Shown here: piece after piece, positions 25,270-37,694 of the stretch
Layout of the letters: the number at the start of each line of letters is the position of its first letter
How positions within the stretch are numbered: the stretch's first letter is position 1
Origin: Octopus sinensis
Lineage: Eukaryota
Direction of reading: 5' to 3'
Length of the DNA: 64,000 nucleotides
Assembly: GCF_006345805.1 (NCBI RefSeq)
Contig: NC_042998.1
Span: forward strand, 86,118,001-86,182,000
Notes under the pieces: model-generated
What the model was told of the DNA's origin: nothing
Seen by the model: only the letters and a program-made list of their open reading frames with translations
Databases searched by the model: none
Program-made: the position numbers and the translations under genes

Positions 25270-28200
25270 TCATCATCATCATCATCGTTTAACATCCGTT
25301 TTCCATGCTGGCATGGGTTGGATGGTTTGACTGGGGATTGGCAAGTCAGGAGGCTGCACCAGGCACCAGTCTGATCTGGCAGTGTTTCTACAGCTGGATG
25401 CCCTTCCTAACACAACCACTCTAAGAGCGTAGTGGGTGCTTTTTACATGCCACCAGCATGGGAACCAATCAGGCGACATTGGCATCGGCCATGTTCGGAT
25501 GGTGCTTTTTACATGCTACCGGCACAGGATCCAGTTGGGGTGGGAGACTAGCATCAATCATGTTTGGATGGTGCTTTTTACATGCGACCAGCACAGGAGC
25601 CAGTTGGGGCAGGGAGGCTAGCATCAATCATGTTTGAATGGTGCTTTTTACATGCCACCAGCACAGGGAGCCAGTCAGGTAGCAATGGCAATAACCCATG
25701 CATGCATGGTGCTTATTGCGTGCCACCAGCATGGGAGCCAGCCAGATGGCACTGGCAGCTGCCACAACTACAATTTCCATTTGATTGTGATTTGATTTTA
25801 CTTGACTCAATAGGTCTCCTCATGCACGGAATATCGCCCAACGATTCAAAGATACTTTTTAAATGGGCTGGTTATGCGACACTGGTGTAGGCTGTGGCTG
25901 TGGTGTCACTTTACTTGCTTGGTCTTCTCAATCACAGTATCTCCAGAGGTCTCGGTCTTTCATCATTGCCCAACATTCGAAGGCCATGCTTCACTACCTC
26001 GTCCCATGTCTTCCTGGATCTCCCTCTTCCATGGGTTCCTTTCACTCTTAGGAGGTGACACTTCTTCACTAAGCTCTCCTCATCCATATGCAGCACATGA
26101 CCATACCATCACAGTGGTCTCACTTACACATCACATCTGATGCTTCTTATGTCCAACATTTCTCTAAGGGTGCTTACACTCTGTCGTGTGCACACACTGA
26201 CATTATATATCGTGCGGATCATACCAGCTTCATTTCTTTCAAGCCTGTGCATGTCTTCAGCAGTCACAGCCCATGTTTCACTGCCATGTAGCATGGCAGT
26301 ATGCACACAAGCATCGTACAATCTATCTTTCACTCTCAGCAAGAGGCCTTTGTCACCAGTACAGGTAGGCGTTTTCTGAACTTTGTCCAGGCTATACTTA
26401 TTCTAGTAGCAACACTGTCCGAGCATCCACCCCCACTACAGACTTGGTCACCTAGGTAGAGGAAGCTATCAACTACTTCTAGTTTCTTCCCTTGGCATGT
26501 GATGGAATCAGTTTTCTGAGCATCTGCGGTGTTTATTACCCCTGTGCATCTGCTGCACACAAAAGCTGTCTTCCCAGTTAACCTTCCTTTGATGTTGCTT
26601 CTCCACTTATGCATCCATAGCTTACACTGGGTACATCTTATGGAGTTTCTACCTACAACTTTTCTACAGATTGTGCAGATCCATCTACCTGAAGGGGTTT
26701 GTGATGTGTTCACCTTTCTACTTACTGGGACTTTAGTTTTCAACATTGAATCTAAGGCCCTTCAATTCTAAATCTTGCTTCCACCTGAAATTTCTTCTCT
26801 AGATCTTGTAGTGATTCTGCTATGAGATCAAGATCATCAGCATAGAGGAGCTTCCAGAGGCAACTTGTCTTGAATTCCTGTGTTATTACCTGGAGGACTA
26901 TGATGAATAAGAGAGTCCTTAGGGCTGATCCTTGGTGAACCTCTACTTCTACCTGGAATTCTTCACTATGATCATTGGCGACCCTTACCTTACAAACGGC
27001 ATCCCTGTAAAGGTCTTCTACAGCTCTTATTAACCACTTGTCAATCCCTAGTTTCCACATTACCCACCCTGTCAATGGCTTTCTCTAAGTTAACAAAAGC
27101 CAAGTATAGGGGTTTATCTTTTGCTAGGTATTTCTCCTGCAGTTGCCACACCAGGAATATAGCATCAGTGGTGCTTCTACCTGGCATAAAACCAAACTGC
27201 AAACTCTCTCCTTAATTAGTTGGGCTATCACCCTCTCATGACCTTCATCACCTGATCCAGCAGTTTGATACCCCTGTAGTTATTTCTATCTAAAGTATCA
27301 CTATTACGTTTGTAGCAGTTGACTATGGGGCTGCTACACCAGTCATTGGGTACGACTCCTTTGTAAACTACCAGGTTTACAATACAGGTGACTGGGCCAA
27401 AATACACAACACCAGATATTTTAAGCATCTCAGCAATGATTCCTGATGGGCTGGGTGCTTTTCTTAACTTCATATCCTTAATTTCTTTATCTACCTGGGC
27501 ACTGTCGTTTCAAGTAGCTGGTCTCTCAATTTGGTCAACCTTTAGCAGACTCTCCTTCTTCCATTCCTTCTCCACATTTAGCAGTCTTTTGTAATGGCTT
27601 CTCCAAGCCTCTTTCTTTGCAGAATCTTTAAAAGTAAGTGCACCGTCATCCATGCTGACACATTTCTCTCCTGTGACATCATAATTTTTCTCACACACTG
27701 TCTTGCAATCCAAAATACTTCAGTTCTTTGGTCCTCACATCGCTGAACATCGGAAAACCTCTTCTTTTCTGCCTCTCCCTTAGCTTTGTATACCTGTCTC
27801 CCAGCCTCCCTTCTGGCTATCTGGTACAGTTCCTTGCTACCCCCACTCTTCCAGGCTTTCCAGGCCTGTTTGTTTGCTCTAATGGCCTTGTCTACTGTAT
27901 TATTCCACCACCACGTTACTCTAGGTCTGGAAGGGACTTTACACTAGCCACAGATTTGATCTGTGGTGCTCAGTAAGCTGTCCTATGGGAATTCCCAGTT
28001 ACCCTCTATGTCCAAAGTCTAGCTCTTCTTCCCTTTCATCAAATTTCTCAATGAGGATGTCCCTAAATCTCTGAATATGTGAAGGATTCTTTAGCTTCCA
28101 AAGCCTTCTTTCTGGATTGGTCTGCTTTTTGGCATGGCCTCGAGTCTATAAGTGACTCATGACTAGTCTATGCTGGGGGGGGGGCATTCTTCACCAGGAA

Positions 28201-28640
28201 GGGTCTTTGTATTTAAGAGCAATCTTGCATCCCACTGCCTGGTGAGGATAAAATCGATTTGGCTAGCAAAGTCACCTGATTGATAGGTTATCAGGTGGCT
28301 GTCTGGCTTCCTGAAGTTAGTGTTGCAGATTAATAGGTTGCATGCATCACAGAACTCTAGTAGCCTAGTTCCCTCTTCATTTCGGGAACCAATTCTATGA
28401 CCCCTGTGAATACCGTGGAAGATACCATATTACCATCTGACTTGCCCATTAAAATTTCCAGCCACAAAGATGAAGTCATTGCCACTCGTCTTTAAGGTAG
28501 CCTATAGAAGGGTATCATAAAAGTGGTCCTTCTGATTGTTTGGTAGGCCCACTGGTGGGGCATAGGCAGAGATAATTGTGGCTTTACTATTCTGCAGAAC
28601 TAGTTTGAGCTTAAGCACTCTATTGCATGTATGATAGAGG
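25270..28640 (-). mobile_element. Near-complete RTE-clade LINE (AP endonuclease + RT with PHD insert + 3' UTR + (GAT)n tail), decayed
   Basis: APE motifs IISAYAP and GNFNG. RT motifs NYRGIKLL, HQGSAL, LLYADD, FLYLG and MLHGSETW. Confidence 0.92.
25430..25760. repeat. Tandem ~65-70 bp repeats inside the RTE 3' UTR
   Basis: About 5 copies of GGTGCTTTTTACATGCCACCAGCAC...GCATCAATCATGTTTGGAT. Confidence 0.85.
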
Positions 28641-28654
28641 GGATAGGTTTTCCT

Positions 28655-28806
28655 GTGAGAGAAGAGTGATATCTGACGATGGTGGTAGGAGAAGAGAGAG
28701 ATCCGGTAATGGTGGTGGAAGAGAGATCCCGTAATGGTAGTGGGAGAAGAGAGAGATATCCGGTATTGGTGGTAAGAGAAGAGAGAGATATCAAGTATTG
28801 GTGGTG
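28655..28806. repeat. Purine-rich minisatellite, ~25-33 bp unit
   Basis: About 5 copies of GGTGGT(A)GGAGAAGAGAGAGAT(AT)CCGGTA(A/T)T. Confidence 0.8.
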
Positions 28807-29077
28807 GGGCTGGGAATGGGTGGGCGCACCACAAAAAAGCAAAGGGTTAATTTAGGAGATTTCATTTAGAAAATTACATGAAGAATTAAGGTGAAATAAA
28901 CAAATTACATGAAGAATTAAGGTGGAACAAACAAGCAAGGGTTGATTCAGAGAGTTGGTATGAAAAAATATGTAGTCAACTTTAAATTTCATCAAGAAAA
29001 TTACATGAAGAATTAAGGTGAAATGAAGGCTGAGGGAGAGAGATTAGGAAGTAATATATTGAACGGTCAATTGAAAT

Positions 29078-29290
29078 AATTCTTTTCTACTCTAGGCACA
29101 AGGCCCAAAATTTTGGTGGGAGGAGTTCAGTCAATTAAATTGACCCCAGTGCATAACTGGTACTTAATTTATCGACTTCAAAAGGATGAAAGGCAAAATT
29201 GATCTCGGTGGAAATTGAACTCAGAACGTAAAGACAGATGAACTTCTGCTAAGCATTTCATCCAGCGTGCTGACATTTCTGCCAGCTCGC
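29078..29290 (-). mobile_element. tRNA-derived SINE, Meta-domain-like
   Basis: The minus strand has a GCGAGCTGGCAGAA A-box-like head, a GAGTTCAA B box and a GCCTTTCATCCTTT..GTCGATAAATTAAGTACCAG core. Confidence 0.8.
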
Positions 29291-29701
29291 TTCTTTTCAT
29301 TTTAAATAATTAGCTTATGAAAGCAGGTATTAGTAAATACACATTAAAGTATTAATAGTGATGATGGATGAATGCATGAAAAGGTCGAAAAAATGAGAGA
29401 ATATCTTAGTTTAGCAATGCATAACTGGGCATCTAAGAAACGTTTGCATTGGAAAGAGTTGTGTGAAAAGCAGGGAAGAAAGCTTGTGAGTAAGTGTTTT
29501 ATAGACATGCTATGGCTGGAAGTGGACATTATGGAGGGTGCTGAAGACAATAGCAATGATAGTAACAGAGTAGCATAAGAAGCCATAGTGAGTGGGAAGG
29601 AATAAGAGAATAGTACGAAAAGTACTTAGCCACCATGAACAAGCAAGGGTTAATTTAGGAGATTCCATTTAGAAAATTAGATGATGAATTAAGGTGAAAC
29701 G

Positions 29702-29733
<32 letters not shown>

Positions 29734-29760
29734 TTAGGAAGTTATATATTGAAGGGTCAA

Positions 29761-30742
29761 CTACAAAGTTTTATAGATTTTTACAGTTCCAGTGATAAAT
29801 TTGATCTGTAGTTTTCGAATTTGCTTTCTCCTCTCTGATTTTGAGAAGCCTAATTTCTCAAGATTGGCATTTAGGTGGTGTGTTATATATCTCAGGGCCC
29901 CAAGAATTACAGGTATAAACCTGAACTTGTAATCTGGATAGAGTAACTGCAGATTTCTCAATAGTTCGGTGCAGGTGTTCTCATTTTCACTGAATGTTAG
30001 CTTTATGTTAACATCTGCTGGGCAGCTAATTTCCACAGCTGTGCACAGTTTCTCTTCTCTATCTCAAATCAGGTCTGCTGTGTTTACATTTTATTGAGGT
30101 CTTCACTGGTACATTCCATCAGTATTCCTTTTTATTATGAGTGGCTATGGCTTCTACCATACTGTAGGTTCTTATTTCTTTGGCCTTGGGGTTATTCTTC
30201 CAATGGATTTCATTATAGAGTGTCCTAGCTACAACATCATGTCTCATTGGTAGATAATGCCATGATGACATTTTCAGACAACTACTTATGATGTGGCTGA
30301 TATCATCTGTGTTAACTACACAAAGTATGCATTGGTTGTCACATTTTACTGCTTTTCTTGCATCTCTATCCCTTTTGTGCATCAGGTACTTGGTTAATAT
30401 TTCCGTTCCTGGATTGCAAACACATATCCTTTAAAGAGGGAGGTAGTAATCCGGCTATTGGTCCATGATAAACTGCTTTGATGATCAATGTTACTATCAT
30501 TTTGGAGCTTTCTACTAACACTCATGCATAGTCTTCTGCTCATACAGGCTCATCCTTTCATCCGATGATACGTTACAGTAGAGTCGTGCGACTTCTTTGG
30601 GCATGTATTCTAGGTTATGAGACAATGAATGTTGCAGAAGGAGCTGCTTTCCAAGTCTTATGACGTTATCAGTCTCATGTATGCAAACTTGGTGAGGGGA
30701 TGCACTTCAACACTTGGTGTATGCATGTATGTTCTTGGATAT
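29761..30742 (-). mobile_element. 3' part of a second RLE-type (R4-like) LINE family
   Basis: Motifs: CILC..DISHIISSC, RHDVVA, RPD, EISCP and IPVILGALR. Confidence 0.8.
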
Positions 30743-30889
30743 AATCATCATTATCATCATCATCATCATCATTTAACATCCAGTTTTTATGCCAACATGG
30801 TTTGAATAGTTTGACAGGATTGGACAAGCCATGGGACTATGGTTTCTATGGCTGGATACTTTCCTTAACACCAGTAACTTTATAAAGTG

Positions 30890-30915
30890 TGTATGTATAT
30901 GTATGCCTATGTATG

Positions 30916-30946
<31 letters not shown>

Positions 30947-30948
30947 GT

Positions 30949-30993
<45 letters not shown>

Positions 30994-31004
30994 CACACAA
31001 ACAT

Positions 31005-31037
<33 letters not shown>

Positions 31038-31054
31038 CACACACACGCACACAC

Positions 31055-31085
<31 letters not shown>

Positions 31086-31100
31086 TATATATATATGTAT
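30890..31100. repeat. Compound (TA)n/(CA)n microsatellite
   Basis: Direct reading; the source of the spurious IYIY/HTHT ORFs. Confidence 0.95.
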
Positions 31101-31290
31101 CATCATCATCATCATCGTTTAACGTCCGTTCTCCATGCTAGCATGGGTTGGACGGTTCGACCGGGGATCTGGGAAGCCAGAAGGCTGCACCAGGCTCCAG
31201 TCTTATCTGGCAATGTTTCTACAGCTGGATGCCCTTCCTAACGCCAACCACTCCGTGAGTGTAGTGGGTGCTTTTTACGTGCCACCTGCA

Positions 31291-31327
<37 letters not shown>

Positions 31328-31759
31328 CAATAATACTATTCCACAGCCAAACCAACAAGAACTGGAGACTGGTTTATTTGAGGTATGGACAAAAATTCCT
31401 TTGGAAACAATTCAAACTTTGTAAGAGTCCAGAATTCAAGCTGTTATTACTGCCAAAGGCGGTCCTACCCCATATTAAAATAAATTTGTTTGAAATTTTA
31501 AGGTATTTCCATTATTTTGTCCAACCACTGCATAATCATCAGCATCATCATGATCGTTTAATGTCCGTTTTCCATGCTGGCATGGGTTGGATGGTTCGAC
31601 TGGGGTCTGGAAAGCCAGGAGACTGCACCAGACTCCAGTCTGATCTGGCAATGTTTCTACAGCTGGATGCCCTTCCTAATGCCAGCTGCTTCAAGAGTGT
31701 AGTGGGTGTTTTTTACGTGCTATCAGCACAGGGGCCAGAGGGGGCTGGCATCAACCACA

Positions 31760-31818
<59 letters not shown>

Positions 31819-31861
31819 AAACTGAGGTCATAGTAAGTAACTAGGTGACCCTGCTCAGTCT

Positions 31862-33039
31862 ATAGAAAAGGTGTAGGTAGAAACTTCATAAGATGTACCC
31901 AGTGTAAGGTTTGGACACAAAAGGTGCAGCAACACCAGAGGAAGGTTAACAGGGAAACTAACTTTTGTGTGTGGAAGGTGCACAGTTACAATAAATGCTG
32001 CAAATGTGCAGAAAATAGACTGCCAGGGGTACAAGCTAGAGATAGTAGATAGCTTCTGTTATCTAAGTGACCAAGTTAGTAGTGGAGGTGGATGTTCTGA
32101 AAACATAGCTGTGAGAATAAGATTAGGCTGGGCAATGTTTAGAGAGCTCCTACTCCTGCTGGCAACAAAGGGCCTCTCTCTCAGATTGAAAGGCAGATTG
32201 TTTGATGACTGTGTGCAAACAGCTATGCTGCATGGCAGTGAAACATAGGCTATGACAGCCGATTACATGCATAGACTTGACAGAAATGAAGCCACTACGC
32301 TTCACTGGGTGTTCAACATCAGTGTGCATGTTCAACAGAGTGTAAGCATTTTGAGAGAAAAGTTAGGCACAAGAGGAATCAGATGTGGTGTGCAAGAGAG
32401 ATGACTGTGCTGGTATGGTCATGTGATACCTATGGACGAGGACAGCTGAGTGAAGACGTGCTGGTCTCTAATTGTGGAAGAAACCTGTGTTATAGGTAGA
32501 CCCAGGAAGACATGGGATGAGATGGTGAAGCATGATCTTTGAACTTTGAGCCTCACAGAGGCAATGTCTGGTGACGGAGACCTTTGGTAATGTGCTGTGC
32601 TTGAGAGAACCTGTCAAACCAAGTGCATCCATGCTGGTGGTATGTAAAGGACATCTTTTGAACATTGGGCCTCACAGAGGCAAAGTGACTGAGTTCCTTT
32701 CAAGTGTTGGGCTGCATGGTGGCAAAGTAGCCAAGTTCCTTTTGAGTGTTGGGCCTCAGGGAGGCAATGATCAAGACCTTTGGCATTATGTAATGCTTGA
32801 GAAGACCCATCAAGCCAGGCAAAATTGTTGTCGTGTCAAACATATTGGCACGTAAATGTACCCCAGCATCATGCAAATGACCTGTGCTGGTGGTATGTAA
32901 AGGCACCCATTACACTCAGAGTGGTTGGTGTTAGGAAGGGCATCTGGCTGTAGAAAACCATGCCAAATCAGACTGGAGTCTGGTGTAGCCTTCCAACCTA
33001 TTACAGCATGGACAATGGACATTAAATGATGATGATGAT
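31862..33039 (+). mobile_element. RTE LINE 3' portion with UTR and (GAT)n tail
   Basis: CTQCK..HKRC..CGRC, FCYLSD and MLHGSET, followed by the UTR and tail. Confidence 0.85.
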
Positions 33040-33272
33040 ATATATATTTAAATCAACTTATACACATTATTTTTTTAGTATCCATTGTTCCATACTGGCC
33101 TATTGCACAGCTTATCATATCACCATTCATTTTAGTTTCCTTTGTTTCCTCACCTGGGATGTGCAACGTACTAAAAGGAATGTTAGGGAAATAGAAATGT
33201 AATAGCGTGTACATAAATTATATTCTACAATGAATTGAAGATAGAATGAAATAATTTTAAACTTAATTTCAG

Positions 33273-33389
33273 GATGGAAAGTTTACAGTAAATGCTTCTG
33301 TATGGATCCAAGTTGAGGATGTTCAAGATATGCCACCAGCATTTACAAGTTCCAGCTTTGTTGAAAAAATCAAGGAAAATTCAAGCAAG
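33273..33389 (+). CDS. Cadherin exon: DGKFTVNASVWIQVEDVQDMPPAFTSSSFVEKIKENSSK
   Basis: aatttcag acceptor and gtaata donor. 117 nt, phase 0/0. The DVQDMPP linker is typical of the CDH23/Cad87A group. Confidence 0.93.
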
Positions 33390-33792
33390 GTAATACATTA
33401 CATTTCCAGTTCAGTTTTTATTGTTAGTTTTGGTGAAAAATAATCACAAAAAATGTTTAAAAATTATATATGCATATTTAATTGTTCTGTATGTATGTCT
33501 GCATGTTTGTATATTATGTATACATGCCCACACCATCATTTGATCTTCACATTTCCATGCTTGCATTAGTTGGATGAAATTTATGGAGGTAGATTTTTTT
33601 TTACAGCCAGATACTCTTCCTGATACCAACCTTCACTTGTTTCCAAGTGAGGTGATATTCCCTGTGGCCAGACATGTTTTTCTGTTGAAGATTGGAAACA
33701 ACTACATGGCTTGTATGATGGTGTTGATCATTTACAATCTTCATGTGATGTCAGGACAAGGGTACACACATACACACACATGAAGATACGTC

Positions 33793-33830
<38 letters not shown>

Positions 33831-34574
33831 GTATTCAATACACATAAAGGGTGAAATATAATTAATTTAATAAAATTAATAAATTTCACCTAGTAGTTTT
33901 TTCGGTATGGAAATGACCATATTTGGTAAGGATTATATTAATTATAATAAAGGGTTAATTGCAACAAGTTGCTCAAAACCACATACTGAAAATATTAGAA
34001 ATAGTAGCCAAATAGGTCACTATTTCTACTACTAGTAAAAAAGTCTCCACAAACAAACAGAATTTGTAACCCGTATATGGTTATTAAATTAATTATATTT
34101 CACCCTTTATGTGTATTGAATACTATTACTCCCATACAATGAATCTGCGAAACTTCATTTCGTTGGTAAAGTTTTTGTAACTCACGTGGTAATTTTGAAG
34201 GGAGATACGAATTCGCCTGTCTATATAAATGTGGAGATGCTAGCGGACTGTTATATCGTTCGATGTCGCCTGTTCGAGTTGATGTAATGGGTGAGTTTTT
34301 TTTCTAGCATTTCTAGATTTATAGGAAATATTATGTTGACAAGGAAATGAACTTTCGATTCTAATCCAGAAACGAATTCGTCCATAATTAATCCAATAGG
34401 CTGGGATTTCGTTGTCTTCTTTCTCTTTACCATATACGGGTTACAAATTCAGTTTGTTTGTGGAGACTTTTTTACTAGTAGTAGAAATAGTGACCTATTT
34501 GGCTGCTATTTCTAATATTTTTGGTATGTGGTTTTGAGCAACTTGTTGCAATTAACCCTTCATTATAATTAATA
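33831..34574. mobile_element. Non-coding element with two interleaved inverted repeats, next to a (TA)n/(TATG)n tract
   Basis: 33831-33873 is the reverse complement of 34081-34123, and 33936-34081 is approximately the reverse complement of 34429-34574. Confidence 0.85.
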
Positions 34575-35064
34575 TGTATGTATAATGGTCTTTTTTCAGC
34601 TTCTATCTACCAAATCCACTCATAAGGCTTTGGTCAGACTTTGGCTACTGTAAAATAATTTGCTGATCATGAAGGAAACTAAGTGTACAAGCTACATACA
34701 AAGATGCTTTGCATGGGGCCATTGTGAGGAATGCATGCACCAAATTTCAGAGCCTTCTTGAGGCATTGGTAGAAGTTGAGAGTGGCTACTTTGAATACTG
34801 ATAATCTAATATTTTTTGATGTTTTAAAATAGTTTATTTTTTGATGTTTTAAAATAATTTATTTTTTGATTGGATACTGTGTTTTCTTTACTTTTTCCCT
34901 CACTGACTTCACCACAGTTTCTATGCCTCTCAAATGCCCTTATCTTCCTCACTCTCTGACCTACCTGCATGGCCCATTCACACCTCTCTTGCCTTCAATG
35001 ACTCTGGATTTCTCTATCTTTGTGACTTCTTTCTGTTCTATATTTTAAAGATGAGGTATTCTGT

Positions 35065-36225
35065 TTATTATCTACATTATTGGATGGATGTGTCTTCATC
35101 TTGTTTGTTGTTATCACAATGTTTTGGCTGATTTACTCTCCAGCCTGGTGTAATTTTGTCTGTTGTCCTGGTGGAATTTTGAACCCAACCCTGGTATTTT
35201 TTGCTGGTGTTATTATTATTTATTCAAGGCACTGCCTGGAATTGAACTTGGAATCTTGGAGTTAGTAGCCCATGCCCTTAACTATTTTGCTATATGCCCG
35301 TGGGCAATTACAGAGTAAATTTTAGGGCTTATAAACTTGATATTTTCCTATCCTTCCTTAATACCAGTATCCATATTCTACTCATATCTGCACTATGTTT
35401 GCTTAGGAGATTATTGTGTCATAGCATATGTGCTGCTTGTTTTAAGAAGAGGAGAGAGGATGAAACCTATAAACTGACCACAGTCTGTTTCCCCTGTGTG
35501 AAAGACCTCTCAGAAAAGATACAAAAGATATGCGGTTCATATGACATCAGGACAGTATTCAAAAGTATAACAAAACACTTAGCAAATATTCTTTCAAGTA
35601 AAACCACCAATAGAAGAGAATATGACCAAAGATTGTGTGTACTCCATCCCATGCAGTTGTGGTAGGTTATACAAAGGCAAAACATATCGCCCACTCAAAA
35701 TAAGAGTAGAGGAACATTTTAAAGCTGTGACATGAGAGAGTTGAAAAATAAAAGAAGCAGCACATATGCTAGGACACAATAACCTCCTAAGCAGACCTAG
35801 TGCAGATATGATCATGTATGGAGAAACGGAGACCACCTTCACCTGTGGGATGAAGTTAAAATAATAGACAGAGAACACCACTGGAAAATATGAAAACTAA
35901 AAGAAGCAGCATATATACTAGGACACAATAACCTCCTAAGCAGACTTAGTGCAGATACGAGTAGAATATGGGTACCAGTATTAAGGAAGGATAGGAAAAT
36001 ATTAGATTTATAAGCCCATATAGTGAAATGGTTAAGACTAACCCCAATATTCCAAGTTCAATTCCAAGCAGTGCCTTGAATAAATAATAATAACACCAGC
36101 AAAAAATTCCAGGGTTGGGTTCAAAATACCACCAGGACACCTGATGAAGGCAGGAGAGTAAATCAGCCGAAACATTGTGGTAACAACAAACAAGATGAGG
36201 ACACATCCATCCAATGTAAATAATG
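35065..36225 (+). mobile_element. Penelope-like element fragment with GIY-YIG remnant and inverted terminal copy
   Basis: Reads CVYSIPCSCGRLYKGKTYRPLKIRVEEH at about 35634-35718. 35065-35443 is approximately the reverse complement of 35897-36225. Confidence 0.85.
36138..36179 (+). ncRNA. Minimal hammerhead-ribozyme-like motif of a Penelope pLTR (probably mutated)
   Basis: cac-CTGATGA-a-GGC...GCC-GAAA-catt-gtg. Stem III lacks the expected G (GAAACGTT). Confidence 0.55.
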
Positions 36226-36890
36226 TACTTCTTTCTTGTCCCCTGTCCCTCACACATGTTCATTGCCCAAGACCCCAACCCATTACATAAAGTTGGAAAA
36301 GGCTATGATAAATAAAATAGTCACTCATTTTCCCATAGCACAGGAATATTTCAAAATGTTCTCTCTCTATGCACTTGCGGAGGAAAACACAAGCACATTG
36401 CCATTGATTTGAATGAAACTTACATCAATGAAAATATCCTTTTCTTCCCTCTTTTTAAAGCCCAGGATCTTTATTTCTATTGAAAAGAAACCCATATATT
36501 TTGTGCTTTTTTGGTTTAGCCTCCAGTCATCCCCAGTTCAACAGACCAATGAGTAAAGCCATGGCCATTCCATCATAACTTCAGAAGTAGTATAACTTGG
36601 ACTAGTTTATCTAATGTGTCCTTCCATATTTTTTTGTAAGATGTTAGTATGAAACTTGAAGGTGATTTGGTTGCTCTTTCTTGCAGACCAAATGACAGGG
36701 TTGAGTATCTCTTTTTTGCTTATCTATTGCCTTGGTTTTAGGAAAGGCATCAGTTTAACAAGTTTTGATTTTTTTGTTTGTAACATTTTACATTTTCACA
36801 AAAACTCAGAGGAAACCATTATTATAACCTTTTAATACATTTTGAAATTGTTTTTGTTCTTTAATCACTTCAGTTATTTTTATTTCACAG

Positions 36891-36969
36891 GGAACTCTCA
36901 TCACTACAGTGACAGCTGAAGATCAAGACAGAGGCATACCGAATGATATTGGTTATAAACTTATTAAAG
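36891..36969 (+). CDS. Cadherin exon: GTLITTVTAEDQDRGIPNDIGYKLIK
   Basis: ttttatttcacag acceptor and gtataa donor. 79 nt, phase 0/1, with the A-x-D-x-D motif. Confidence 0.92.
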
Positions 36970-37094
36970 GTATAATTTCTAAGATTTATTCTCTAAATCT
37001 TGAAATAAAACAAAAATGCAATACTGTGCTGTATTTATTCAAAGTATTTAGTATATATGTACATATATGTATCCATGAGCCTACATGCATACCA

Positions 37095-37135
<41 letters not shown>

Positions 37136-37640
37136 AAGAGATGATGAGCGATTGCCAGAAGAATATTGAGCTTTATTTGATAATCAGTTGGTCTAGCAAG
37201 CAGGGCCTCATATTAGTGAGTGGGGCCTGTGCACATTGACGCTGTCGAAAGGTAGGCCCCAAAATGGCATGCATTCTCTCTTGATGACCCCATACACTTG
37301 CTGCCTTCTGGTATGCAGAGTTCTCAACTGGTAGCACTTGCATGTGCATGTTGTTTGCAAAACATATATATGTATGTATATATATATATAGACGCACATA
37401 AAAAACACCATTTGAGCGTGGCCATTGCTCGTACCGCCCGACTGGCCCTCGTGCCAGTGGCACGTAAAAGCACCCACTACACTCTTGGAGTGGTTGGCGT
37501 TAGGAAGGGCATCCAGCTGTAGAAACTCTGCCAGATCATGATTGGAGCCTGGTGCAGCCATGTGGTTCGCCAGTCTTCAGTCAAATCATCCAATTCCTGC
37601 TAGCATGGAAAGCGGACGTTAAACGATGATGTTAATGATG

Positions 37641-37694
<54 letters not shown>

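Noticed and set aside
25430-25760. CRISPR-like repeat-spacer appearance
   Set aside because: The spacers are homologous to each other, the context is a eukaryotic LINE UTR, and there are no cas genes.
30773-31833. ORFs rich in IYIY, HTHT, poly-I/L/Y/N (also near 4169, 7583, 11657, 48429)
   Set aside because: They are translations of microsatellites and repeat tails.
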